A program made the translations under genes and the position numbers. Positions 1-10,900 of a stretch of 62,104 nt of DNA are shown here, piece after piece; position 1 is the stretch's first letter; every line of letters begins with the position of its first letter. Source of the DNA: Deltaproteobacteria bacterium (GTDB lineage: Bacteria > Myxococcota_A > Polyangia > Polyangiales > JADZFZ01); the NCBI GenBank assembly GCA_020854145.1, contig JADZFZ010001081.1, positions 1 to 62,104 on the forward strand. Reading direction: 5' to 3'. The notes beneath the pieces are model-generated. The model had not been told where the DNA came from. It did no database searches and was given only the letters and a program-made list of their open reading frames with translations.

Positions 1-10
1 CACCTCGCGC

Positions 11-39
11 TTGACGCCTCGCGACCCTCCGGCCACGAT
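11..39 (+). promoter_or_regulatory. sigma70-type promoter for tRNA-Phe
   Basis: TTGACG (11-16), 17-nt spacer, CACGAT (34-39), 14 nt upstream of the tRNA. Confidence 0.6.
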
Positions 40-53
40 GACGCCCCCTACCC

Positions 54-1231
<1,178 letters not shown>

Positions 1232-1492
1232 GCGTCACTCCTCACGGTCCGTGTGGCGATCCACGCATCGAGGGCCTCCTCCGACACGCGGATGCACCGG
1301 CGTCCAAGATACACGGCGCCCGGCATCGCGCTCATCACCTCGTACGCGTACGAACGCGACACACCGAGCCGCGCTGCGACGTCCTTCGCGGTGAGCAACC
1401 GAGCACGCACCGGTCGACCCTGCGCGCCCTCGACCTTGCGCGAATGGGACGAACGGCGATTCTCCCGAGGGCATTTGTCCCCGAGCCCGGCG

Positions 1493-2227
1493 TCAACGCG
1501 ACTTGCGGCTCGAACGCGCGCGACTCGTGGTCGCATCCGATGCGGCCTTCGCCGTCTTGCGAGACGCTCGCTTGCGTCGTTGCGCGGCGCGCTCCCGTCG
1601 CGTCTCGTCCGCCACGGCAGGATCCGTGATGACCCTGCCCTGCCTGTCCCTCGGTGGTGCCTCCACGCCCAGGAGCTCGCCCAATCGCACCACCACGCTA
1701 TCGAGCTCGCCCGCCGCCACGCGGTCCGCGATCGGCGCGAGATGACGCGTGAGGAGCTCGGCGATCCCAGACCGCTCCTTCTTCGGAAGCTCGTCCGCGT
1801 CACCCACCAGCGCAGCCGACAGCGCCTCGACCGCCTTGCGGAATCTCGGCGCGACTCGACGCTCGAACGCGACGTCACCGACCAGATGCTGGGTCGTCCA
1901 CATCGCGAGCCGCAGGTGAAACGCGATGTGATCGAGCGGGGCGACGTCGGGGCTCGGCTCGGCAGCATCGAGCATGCCGTCGCCCGTCGGCGGTGCAAAC
2001 ACCGAAGCCACGAGATCGCCCCGGTACGACGCCGGGTCGTCCAGCCCGCGCGCCACCATCGACCACGCGATCTCCCTCGCGATCTCCGGGGTCATCGGCT
2101 GCATCACGCCGCCGTCTCGGCCTCGCACCGCCCGCGCCAGATCCGGCTCTGCAAGCAACCTCTCTGCAAGGCGCTCCGCGCGACGTCGCTGCTCCTCCTC
2201 GAGCCCCGCGTCGAGCACTGTTTCCAT
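1493..2227 (-). CDS. hypothetical protein (helical, basic C-terminus)
   Basis: Protein-like composition, co-oriented with xis/int; start may be 2227, 2245 or 2302. Confidence 0.6.
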   Translation of the reverse strand: METVLDAGLEEEQRRRAERLAERLLAEPDLARAVRGRDGGVMQPMTPEIAREIAWSMVARGLDDPASYRGDLVASVFAPPTGDGMLDAAEPSPDVAPLDHIAFHLRLAMWTTQHLVGDVAFERRVAPRFRKAVEALSAALVGDADELPKKERSGIAELLTRHLAPIADRVAAGELDSVVVRLGELLGVEAPPRDRQGRVITDPAVADETRRERAAQRRKRASRKTAKAASDATTSRARSSRKSR

Positions 2228-2300
2228 GTCACGTTCTCGAAACATCGATCTTGATCGTCGCATGAGGTGAATCCCCGAGCATGTGTTCGAGGGAAGCGAC

Positions 2301-2390
2301 AATCTAGATTCTCAGCATTCTCGTGGGGTCAACCAAACGCGGCATTCTCGCAGGGTCATTGACCCTCGCGCGCGCGTATCGCGCGCGCGA
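2301..2390. repeat. cluster of palindromes and direct repeats (putative operator or recombination site)
   Basis: AATCTAGATT (2301-2310); GCATTCTCGnnGGGTCA at 2315-2331 and 2342-2358; AGGGTCA-T-TGACCCT (2352-2366); 11-bp stem TCGCGCGCGCG-TAT-CGCGCGCGCGA (2366-2390). Confidence 0.6.
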
Positions 2391-2423
2391 AGCCGTCCAA
2401 CACGTCGACCACAGATGCAGTCG

Positions 2424-3341
2424 TCAGCGCGACGAGCCCTCGAGATATCGCATCGTCGTGCGACGCCGGGAGTGCCCTGCCAGGCGCCGGGCCTCTTCGA
2501 CATCCTTGCCCCGAACCCTGCTCGCCAGCGATCGCTTCCGCAGCTCGTCAGGCAGCACATGGACCCGGGCACGTCGCGCTCGTCTGCGCACGACATCCGT
2601 GATCGTCTCGGGTCGGAGCGGCCCGATGCGGACCTTGCCCGTCCCATGCACCGGCACGAAGAGCGGCCCCGCGCATCTCCCGCGAACGAGCAGCCAGTCC
2701 TCCATGATCTGCCCGTGTGCATCGGGCAGCACGATGCGTCGGGGGCGCTTCCCTCCGACGCGGATCGCGAGTGCCCGCTTGAACGACCACCACGCGTGGA
2801 GCTCGAGCTCCACCAAGTGCGCGCGCGACACCCCGGCAGCCAACGTCGCGATCAGCGCCGCGTCCCGTTTCCCGAGCGTCGAGCCGTCGCGGCAAGCGGC
2901 GAACAGACGCTCGAGCAGCCCCTCTTCGAGCGGCTTGATCATCCCAGGTCGCGCCGGAAGACCACGCGCCGCGGCGAGCGCGCCGTCGCGATCGGCGGTG
3001 GTCATCAACGCCGCATCGGCGCACGTCTTCAAGATCGCACGAAGAGCCGAGAGCAGGCGGTTTGCCGTCGTCTCGGACCGCACCGTCGTCGCGAGCCGAG
3101 CGCGAATCACCTCGACGTGCCGTGCTCGCAGCACCCACCACGGGCAGCTCCACTCGTTCAGCGCGTCTTTGCTCGCAACCTCGGCCACCCGCCGCAGCGC
3201 CCCCACCATCGCGCGTCGGCTGTCCCCTTCCGCCCATCGCGTTGCGCAGATGGAGACCGGATGCGTCTCCGCGGAGAACCTCCGCGGATCGGCCGCAGCG
3301 AGGAGCTCCGCGGCGACTTGGTCGATCGTCATCTGGTCCAT
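2424..3341 (-). CDS. tyrosine recombinase-like protein, degenerate active site
   Basis: PWWVLR..HV..IRARL, TANRLLSALRAILK, RDAALIATL, WLLVRG..AGPLF, LAGHS...TTMRY; GxR box reads GVSR and HxxR reads DELR. Confidence 0.85.
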   Translation of the reverse strand: MDQMTIDQVAAELLAAADPRRFSAETHPVSICATRWAEGDSRRAMVGALRRVAEVASKDALNEWSCPWWVLRARHVEVIRARLATTVRSETTANRLLSALRAILKTCADAALMTTADRDGALAAARGLPARPGMIKPLEEGLLERLFAACRDGSTLGKRDAALIATLAAGVSRAHLVELELHAWWSFKRALAIRVGGKRPRRIVLPDAHGQIMEDWLLVRGRCAGPLFVPVHGTGKVRIGPLRPETITDVVRRRARRARVHVLPDELRKRSLASRVRGKDVEEARRLAGHSRRRTTMRYLEGSSR

Positions 3342-3462
3342 GGCATCTGCGGCGCCGCGTCTCACGGCGCGCGCTACTCGAGCCTAGCGCCGCCAGCGAT
3401 GACGCCCCACGGGGTTGAGCCCGGAACAACGACGGCGTCGATCGCGGCTACGCTCGCCTCCG

Positions 3463-4233
3463 ATGGGTATCGACGTGCTCGTTGGCTCCCTCTCGGGCCT
3501 GTGGCAGCGCGAGACACGCGAACGGCTCGCGGTGTTCGTCGAAGCCACTCAGCACATGACCGACGACCCCGCGGCGTTCTCGTCGTCCGCGTGGCGGAAG
3601 CGGCTCGCCAAAGCGCCGTCCTCCGAGGGCACCGTCGACGACCTGCTTACCGCCATCTCTGCCAGCAAAGGAGCCAACATCGTCGCCACCGTAAACGCGA
3701 TGGACGCCGAGCGGCAGCGGCACCGTGCAACGGAAGCGGAGGTGCGCGCGGCGGTGGAGAGAGTCGTCAGCGCGCTTCGCGCCAAGCTCGGCAGCTCTGC
3801 GTCCTGGCGAGAGGACTCCAGCGCTGAGCCCACCCTCGTCGGGAACCTCGCGCCGAACGGGATGCTCGCTCTGCGGACCGTAGCGACCGACCTCGCGACG
3901 CAGTCGGCCCCGGAGCCTCGAGGACGGCTCGACCGCCTCTGGAGGGTGCTTCGACGCCAGGCCTGGCGCGAAAGTGTGCTGCGCCGACGGTTCCCTCAGA
4001 TCGCGTGCCTCGAAATCGACAACGCCTATCTGCCTGACGAGTTCGATCGCGTGCTCGGAAGCTTCCCTTTCCACGTCGGTTCGGCACCCGCCTTGGGCCG
4101 AGAGCTCGAAGAGCTGTCGAGGCGTGCTGCCTCGCGGCTTCGCGACGACTCCGTTCAGCACAACTTGGAACTCCTCGGCATTGCGACGGCGAAGGCCTCC
4201 GCCCGGGGTGTTCCCATGTTCGTATTGGGCTGA
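3463..4233 (+). CDS. hypothetical protein
   Basis: 256-aa protein-like ORF between the two recombinase-like genes; no motif recognised. Confidence 0.65.
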   Translation: MGIDVLVGSLSGLWQRETRERLAVFVEATQHMTDDPAAFSSSAWRKRLAKAPSSEGTVDDLLTAISASKGANIVATVNAMDAERQRHRATEAEVRAAVERVVSALRAKLGSSASWREDSSAEPTLVGNLAPNGMLALRTVATDLATQSAPEPRGRLDRLWRVLRRQAWRESVLRRRFPQIACLEIDNAYLPDEFDRVLGSFPFHVGSAPALGRELEELSRRAASRLRDDSVQHNLELLGIATAKASARGVPMFVLG

Positions 4234-4358
4234 TCGTGCCGGCGGGCTCCGGCACCCAAGCGAAAGGGAACCTGCCTCTCAACCCGGGCTTGCCGCCACT
4301 CGGTACACTACACTGCTCTGTGCGGTCTCCGGTACCGGAGTCGTACAGATCGCTGACC

Positions 4359-5366
4359 GTGGCACCCATCCATCGAGCAACGATTCCCCGCCTCTCGCCC
4401 GTCGCTCCCGTCGGTCTGGCAATCCCGCGGGCACGGGGCGCCGACACCTATTATCTCGAGACCGTCGCCACCGAGCTGCTCTCCCATCCCGTGGACGGCG
4501 CGCTCGCCGCCAGCATCGTCTCGTCCCATCTCGATTCGATCGCATCGCCCCGCGATCGACGCACCCTCGCGAACGCGCTCGACCTGTTCGCTAACGTCGC
4601 GAGCGGAGGCAAGTGCGCCGCCGCTGCGCTCCCCTGGTGGCGGCTGCAACCATTCATGGTCGTCGTCGTTCGGCGTGAGATCGCCGACCAAAGCTGCGCG
4701 CCTTCCACCCTTCGCCGCGTGCTCTCCTCTTGCCGAGAGGTCTTCCGCCGCTGTCACCAACGTGGCCTCATCAATGACGCCACCCTCCGTGATCTCGTCG
4801 ACGCCTCTCGTCATCCCGAGCCACCCCGTGCGGCAACGGTCTTGTCGGCGGATCAGTGCGCTGCGCTCCTCGCAACTTGTGCTGGACCAGACATGGTCGA
4901 TCTGCGCGATGGCGCCGTGTTGGCCCTTCTCTTGGCCAAGCTGAAGCCGGCAGAGGTCATCGCGCTGAACCTGCAGGACTGGGACGGGTCACGTCGTACG
5001 CTGCGAGTGCAAGGATCCCGCGCTCGCACGATCACCCCCAGCGGGCATCATGCGGACTTCCTATATGCGTGGGTTGCGCGCCGTGGGCCGCTGCCTGGCC
5101 CTCTGATCCTGCCGCTCCTCCGCGGTGGCCGACCCGCCAAGCCCCGACGGATGAGTCAGGACACCCTTCGATCGATCGTCCACACCCGCTGCCTTCGAGC
5201 CGGTCTGCCTCGCCTGTCGCCGCGTGACCTCCGCCGAACCGCCCTCGCGCGCGCAGTCGCGGACGGCTGGAGCCCCACCGAAGTGGCCGCGTCGGCAGGC
5301 CTTTATGACGCGAAGGGCCTGCGCGCGCATCGACGACACGACCGGGATCGCAAAACCCAGGGGTGA
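4359..5366 (+). CDS. tyrosine recombinase-like protein, probably catalytically dead
   Basis: LPWWRLQ, APSTLRRVL, LRDGAVLALL, WVARRGPLPGPL, SPRDLRRT; GxR reads KLKP, AGH reads AGL, no terminal Tyr; start may be 4236 or 4359. Confidence 0.8.
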   Translation: MAPIHRATIPRLSPVAPVGLAIPRARGADTYYLETVATELLSHPVDGALAASIVSSHLDSIASPRDRRTLANALDLFANVASGGKCAAAALPWWRLQPFMVVVVRREIADQSCAPSTLRRVLSSCREVFRRCHQRGLINDATLRDLVDASRHPEPPRAATVLSADQCAALLATCAGPDMVDLRDGAVLALLLAKLKPAEVIALNLQDWDGSRRTLRVQGSRARTITPSGHHADFLYAWVARRGPLPGPLILPLLRGGRPAKPRRMSQDTLRSIVHTRCLRAGLPRLSPRDLRRTALARAVADGWSPTEVAASAGLYDAKGLRAHRRHDRDRKTQG

Positions 5367-5497
5367 TCACCTGGGCTCAATCCCCGGTTTCAATCGCGGG
5401 GCCGCCCGCTCACGCGAGCAGCGTCATCCACCACATCGTTCCCGGAAGCACCGTCCGGCGAGTCCTCCGGCTGCTCGCTCGCGCCGCGGGATAGCCA

Positions 5498-6577
5498 ATG
5501 ACCGCTGCCATTCTCTGCGATCTTCACGCGTCCCGAAGCGACGCGGAGTCACCCGTGTCGTTCAACCGGCGCGTGCGAGCGGCCTACGAACAGATTGATC
5601 GCGACTCGGCCCGCCGGCTGGCTGAAGCAGCGATAACGCTCGAGGACCAGAGGTTCCGCGGCTGTGTCTTGGTTCATCTCGCGTGCCTCGTTCCAGGCTC
5701 CCTCGTCACGGTCCAGAGCCGCTTGGTCGACATTGGCATCGACTACCCGGGAGAGCTTTTCTGGAACTCCACGGAGGAAGCACGCAACGGCATTCTCGCA
5801 GCGCTCGGCCACCGCGACCTGGAAGCGCTGCGAGTCAGCCATCTTCTCACCTGCCTTGCGTGGATTGGGGACGCCACGGTCGTGGACACGTTTGCGACTT
5901 GGCGTGCGTCTCCGCCTCCCTGGAGCGCGGCGCTCGGAGTTCCCCCTCACGTGTACGCCCTGAGCGCGGGCTGGGAGCTGACGCCTGACGGGGGTCGTCG
6001 CGACCTCTGCTCCGAGGCTGCCTACAGGCTCGATCCGACACCGAGCGCCGCCGCGTCGCCCATCGTGGTCGCGGCCCCTTCGACAGACCGAAGCCCCTGG
6101 TTGGACCGACCCCTGACCATACTGTTCGACCTTCCGACGGCGCTCGCCCCGCTCGACTGGCTTCGTCTCGATACCGGCCGACTGGTCATCTGCACGGACG
6201 ACCAGGCCACCTGCTTCACCTTCGTCCATTCCACGTTCGATGGTCGATGGGCGAATGTCGACGCGCGCCCCGACTACCTCGGCGGCGACGAGTCGTGGCC
6301 CGCGTTGGCTCAGGCGACGCTCCACCTGTCGCCCCATTCGCGAAGCCCGTTGTCAGCCGCATGGCAGGTGTGCGAGGAGGGCATGAGCCAGCTCGGTGGC
6401 TTTCCAACGTGGTGGTCCGCCGCGGCGTACCCGACGTGTCCGGGTTGCCGGCGCCACATGCGATTCGTCGGACAGCTCGAGACGTCGGAGCTCCTGGGCG
6501 AACCGGCCGAGGGCCTCTACTACGCGTTCGTCTGTGCGGACTGTCGGTTCGCCGCAACTGGGTACCAGCAGACCTGA
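5498..6577 (+). CDS. YwqG/DUF1963-like protein (toxin-locus accessory or immunity candidate)
   Basis: C-terminus SQLGGFPTW...YPTCPGC...MRFVGQL...GLYYAFVCADC...YQQT resembles DUF1963-type proteins. Confidence 0.55.
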   Translation: MTAAILCDLHASRSDAESPVSFNRRVRAAYEQIDRDSARRLAEAAITLEDQRFRGCVLVHLACLVPGSLVTVQSRLVDIGIDYPGELFWNSTEEARNGILAALGHRDLEALRVSHLLTCLAWIGDATVVDTFATWRASPPPWSAALGVPPHVYALSAGWELTPDGGRRDLCSEAAYRLDPTPSAAASPIVVAAPSTDRSPWLDRPLTILFDLPTALAPLDWLRLDTGRLVICTDDQATCFTFVHSTFDGRWANVDARPDYLGGDESWPALAQATLHLSPHSRSPLSAAWQVCEEGMSQLGGFPTWWSAAAYPTCPGCRRHMRFVGQLETSELLGEPAEGLYYAFVCADCRFAATGYQQT

Positions 6578-6618
6578 GCGATCACGATTTGCCGTGTGGC
6601 TTGCGGCCGTGCCAGTCC

Positions 6619-7011
6619 TCACGAGCTGCCGCCCTCGGCGTCGAGGTTCTCTTCTTCGAGTGCCAGCCGCCTCCGGATCGCTTCGGGCGGCAGCTCGACG
6701 AGGCGCAGATCCACGTCGTTGAGCTCCTCGTCGGCTTCGAGCCCGTAGTAGTGCACGGCACACCCGAAGCGCTCGGCTTCGTCCAGCAGCTCGCGTATCC
6801 GATCGAACTGCACCCGCGGGTCGTGGAGCGCCTCACCCTCGCGGCTGAAGATGTCGAGCTCGAGCACAGGCTGGCCCTCATCGATCCGGCGCCTCACCTC
6901 CGCCAGCGACTGCCCGGTGAAGCGGTGCAGGTGGCCGAGCGTGCGGACGGGGACGGGAGGCACGAGCTTGACGGCGATCCGTGGAGAACGCGGAGGTTGT
7001 CCCTGGGGCAT
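6619..7011 (-). CDS. small acidic hypothetical protein (orphan immunity candidate)
   Basis: 130-aa ORF downstream of and co-oriented with the Rhs/immunity pair. Confidence 0.55.
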   Translation of the reverse strand: MPQGQPPRSPRIAVKLVPPVPVRTLGHLHRFTGQSLAEVRRRIDEGQPVLELDIFSREGEALHDPRVQFDRIRELLDEAERFGCAVHYYGLEADEELNDVDLRLVELPPEAIRRRLALEEENLDAEGGSS

Positions 7012-7083
7012 GGCCGACGCTCCTCAACAGGTCTGCCTGAAACGCATCCGCCGGCTTCTGCGTCGGGCGGCTGGCGACATCGT

Positions 7084-7905
7084 CTACGACGTCGCTCCTT
7101 CCGATCTCGGCAGGGCCGAAAGAACGGCGTCGATCTCGCGGACAACCCGCGCTGTCTCGGAGTCATGCCGAAAGACTGGAAGCAACGCAATCTTGCCGAC
7201 GTGGCGGACCAGCTTGTCGGCCAGGGCACGCTCGACCAGCACGTGGCGATTGCGGCGCGCAGGACCTGACTCCAGCGTGTCGACGACGACCGGAACTGGC
7301 ATCGAGGCGTCAGCAAGCGCATACCAGACACCCAGGGTCCGCCAATACTCTTCTCCGCGCGCGTCCTTGGATTCTCGGACACAACTCGGATCGAGCACAG
7401 ATTCCTCGGCTGCGGGCGTGAACGTGAACCACCCTGGAACCGGCTCGCCTTTGTAGATGACGGGACCGCGCCGATCGCTCGTAGCGCCCGGCAACAGAGC
7501 CAACAGCTTCGCGGAATAGGCAGTGGTCCCGGCAATCCCGCACACGCTGCCGCGAGGTCGCTGCGCGGCTTGCGGTGGAAGTTCGACGTAGTCGGGATCC
7601 TTGAGCGAGTTGGCGCTCGGTACGGTCTCGTCCGCCTTCAGCTCCGCTGCGACGAGCTCGTCGAAGTTCTTCCAGTCCGTCCCCGGCGCCGCGAGCTCCC
7701 TCGTGTGAAAAGACCACGATCGCACAGCCGCGGCTTCCGCCAGCCGCGAGACCTGCCGTACGACGTGTCCGGTCGCGGCTGCACTATTGACGTGAAACGC
7801 CACTGCTCGCGGCGAATCGATCGAACCGTACAGTCTGATCTGAGGGTCGGTGCCGAAACGGCTGATGTCTCCACCAAAGCCGACCGATAGGTAGATGCGT
7901 TGCAT
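7084..7905 (-). CDS. putative cognate immunity protein of the Rhs toxin
   Basis: ATG 2 nt after the Rhs stop, same strand, which is the classic toxin-immunity position. Confidence 0.7.
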   Translation of the reverse strand: MQRIYLSVGFGGDISRFGTDPQIRLYGSIDSPRAVAFHVNSAAATGHVVRQVSRLAEAAAVRSWSFHTRELAAPGTDWKNFDELVAAELKADETVPSANSLKDPDYVELPPQAAQRPRGSVCGIAGTTAYSAKLLALLPGATSDRRGPVIYKGEPVPGWFTFTPAAEESVLDPSCVRESKDARGEEYWRTLGVWYALADASMPVPVVVDTLESGPARRNRHVLVERALADKLVRHVGKIALLPVFRHDSETARVVREIDAVLSALPRSEGATS

Positions 7906-7907
7906 CG

Positions 7908-10900
7908 CTAAATCCCCAGCCGGCTTCGCATGGACGCGATGTTGGCGAGCGCGTCGGGAAGACCTTCTTCATCGGCGAGCACGGTTCTAGTGGTTTGCTC
8001 GAGGCGATCCATGATGCTGCTCGGAGCGTAACGTTCGTCGCCCGACCTGATGAGGTCCCCGACTCGCTGCGACGCACCCTCGCCACGCGCGAGCTCGGGA
8101 TATCGGGTGTCCCAAATCTCGTGAAGCTGACGGTGCGAGCTGGTCGGCAACGGAACCAACCGTTGTGCTCGAAGATGCCCAGCGGCGGTGGTCGCACCCG
8201 GGACCTGCCCGGAATTGCGGAAGGCGCGAAGCAACATCCTGAAGACGGAGTGATGCCGTTCACGTCCCATCCACTCGTGGATCTGCGCTGCGGTCAGTTC
8301 GGTTAGCTCGTCGGCATCGCAGCTCGTGAGCCCGAGGGGGTCGATCCACGCGAGAGGGTTATGGGCATAGCCGAATGCGCGAAGGCCCGCCGAAAGCCGC
8401 AGCGGATCGCTGCTGATGAATGCCCCAGTCAGCGAATCGTAGTAGCGGAAGTTGTTGTAGTAGAGCCCTGTCTCCTCGTCCTCGTACTGGCCCGGCCAGC
8501 GCCAGGGGCACGCTGTCTCATCGACGTCGATCTGCGGCACGCCGAAGAGGTCGAGCTGCGCGCGCCAGGCGATCTTGCCCGCCTCGTCGACGAGCACGTT
8601 CGGAGCGCCCACCTGGTCGGGGATGACGGCGAATCGGCGGTCGCCCTCGAGCTTGGCGAGGGGAGTGAACGTCTCGGGCTCGAAGATCCACGTCGTGGGA
8701 GGTGAGGCGAGCAGGGGTGCGCTCCCAGCCACGTCGGCACCGCTCGCACGTCGGGTCGTCCATTCGTGCACAGGCGTGTCGCCGTCCCAGAGCCAGCGCG
8801 TCGTGCGCTCGGTTTCTCGGGTCGTCACGGTCTTCCGTATGCGCCTCGCAAGGGCGTCGTAGGCGAAGGTGACGATCGCGCCATTGGGGCGCTCGACCTT
8901 CGTGAGCAAACCGTGGCCGTTCCAGGCGTACTTCCACGTCCCGCCGTCGGGCCCTTCGGCGGGGCTCAGGGCAGGCTCGATCTTCTCGATCAGGTTCCCG
9001 TCTTTGTCGTGGACGTAGCGAGTGCGTGGGCTCGGGGCGTGGGGCTCCTTCGGGTTGATGGCGCCGATCGTCTCGGCTTCGAGAAGCACGCCGCCTGGGC
9101 CGTACACGCGGTCGGTGCGGTCGCGGGTCTTGAAGAGATTGCCCGCGGCATCGGGGCGCCGGAAGTGCCAGACGTCGGGTCGGTTCGGGTCGCGATCGTT
9201 CGTCAGGCGGAGGCGCGCGTCGTAGCCGTAGCGGATGGCGCCGTGTGCGGTGTCGGTGACGCCCAGGAGCACGCCGAGCTGGTCGTCCCAGTCGAAGGTC
9301 GTCTCTTGGAGCACGGCGTTCGGGGCATCGATCCGCCGCTGGTCGGGCAGCCCGAGAAGCGGATCGCGCTCCCAGTGCGCGGCCACACCTCCAGGAAGAC
9401 GTCGTGCGACCTCGAGACCGTCCTGATCACGCTCGAAGGTGGCGCGCCAGACGACGTCACCCGGCCGCACGCTCCGCGCGTGCGCGAAGGGTGTGTTGGG
9501 CGGCGGCTTGGGTCTCGCCGACGGCGGGAGCGGGGTCAGGCCCAGATCCAGCGCGAGCGCGCGACCCACCTCGACGGACGCGACATCGCCGATCGCGTCG
9601 CGGCGGATGAAGAGGTCGAGCCCGAGGGAGGTCTCGACGCGTTGGCGGTCGCCTGCGAGGTCGAAGGTCGACCGAGCCCAGCACGGCGTCTCGGGATCGT
9701 CGTGCGCGACAGTCTCCTCACGCACGACGCGCCCACAGAGGTCGCGCTCGAAGCGGACGATGGCGCTCTCGTTCTCGATCGAGACGATGGCGCCCGCCAA
9801 ATCGTACGCGTAGCGGAGGGCGGTGCCGTCGGAGTGGACGACCCGCGAGACACGGCCCGCGTCGTCGAAGTCGTAGACGGACTTACGCCCCTTCGGATCC
9901 CAACGAGGCTCGGGTCTTCCGGTGATCCCGCTCGGGGTCGTGTCGCGGCAGCTCGGCAACCAGATCTGCTCGAGCTCGTTCGTCCGGCTGTTGCGGACGT
10001 AGCGCCGGACACCTCCGTCGAAGCCGACCTCGCCCACGACTTCGCCGCGCGGGTCGAGGAGAAAGCGGTACAGCTCGCCGAGCTCGTTGCGCACGCCGAC
10101 GAGGCGCCCTTCGGTGTCGTGGAGGAGCTCGACGCGCGCACGCGGCTCGGGATCTCCGAAGCGGTCCGCGCCCACGACCGTCTCGCGGGCGGCGAGGAAC
10201 CCCGCGGGCGCGTACTCGTAGCGGATGTCGTGGTGGAGCGAGTGCTCGCGGACGAGCTTGCCGTCTGCGTCGAAGTCGTAGTGGCGGACGACTCCGTCGA
10301 AGCCGGTCTCTTGCACCAGCTCACCGGTCTTTGCGTGATAGACGAGGACGGCGTCGCCAGGCAGGCGCCCGTCGATCGGCTTCTGCTTCTCGCGCGGGTT
10401 CCGGACGCGCACCACGCGCCCCAGCACGTCGTGAAAGACGCGCCGCTCGCGTCCATTCGGCGCGCGCGCGACGTGGAGCATCTTGCCTTCGTAGCCGTGC
10501 TCGGAGCGCGCGCCGCCGGGCATGACGACGGCGCGGAGGAGCCCGTGCTCCCACTCGAAGCGGGTGACCTCATCGCAGGCGTTCGTGCGCTCGACGAGCT
10601 GGTCCTGCGCGTCGAAGCGTGAGCGCCACACGCCGCCGCGTGGATCGGTGACCTCGACCGCGTGGTGGCGTTCGTCCCAGACGATCTCGGTCGTGGCACC
10701 TCCGGGAGCGACGGTGCGCACGACGTCGCCGCGCTCGTTCCAGGTGAAGCGCGTGGTCCGTCCAGCGAGGTCGGTGTGCTCGGTGCGGCGCGCGTGCTCG
10801 TCGTACGCGAATCGTTCCTCGCCGCCCAAGGAGTCCGCGATCTTCGTGACGAGGAGGCGCTCGTCGAAGAAGTACTTGCGCGAGGCACCGAGGCTGTTCG

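Noticed and set aside
5387-5425. GTTTCAATCGCGGGGCCGCCCGCTCACGCG..., resembling a type I CRISPR repeat end
   Set aside because: Single copy, no spacer-repeat periodicity, weak hairpin, and no cas genes in the window
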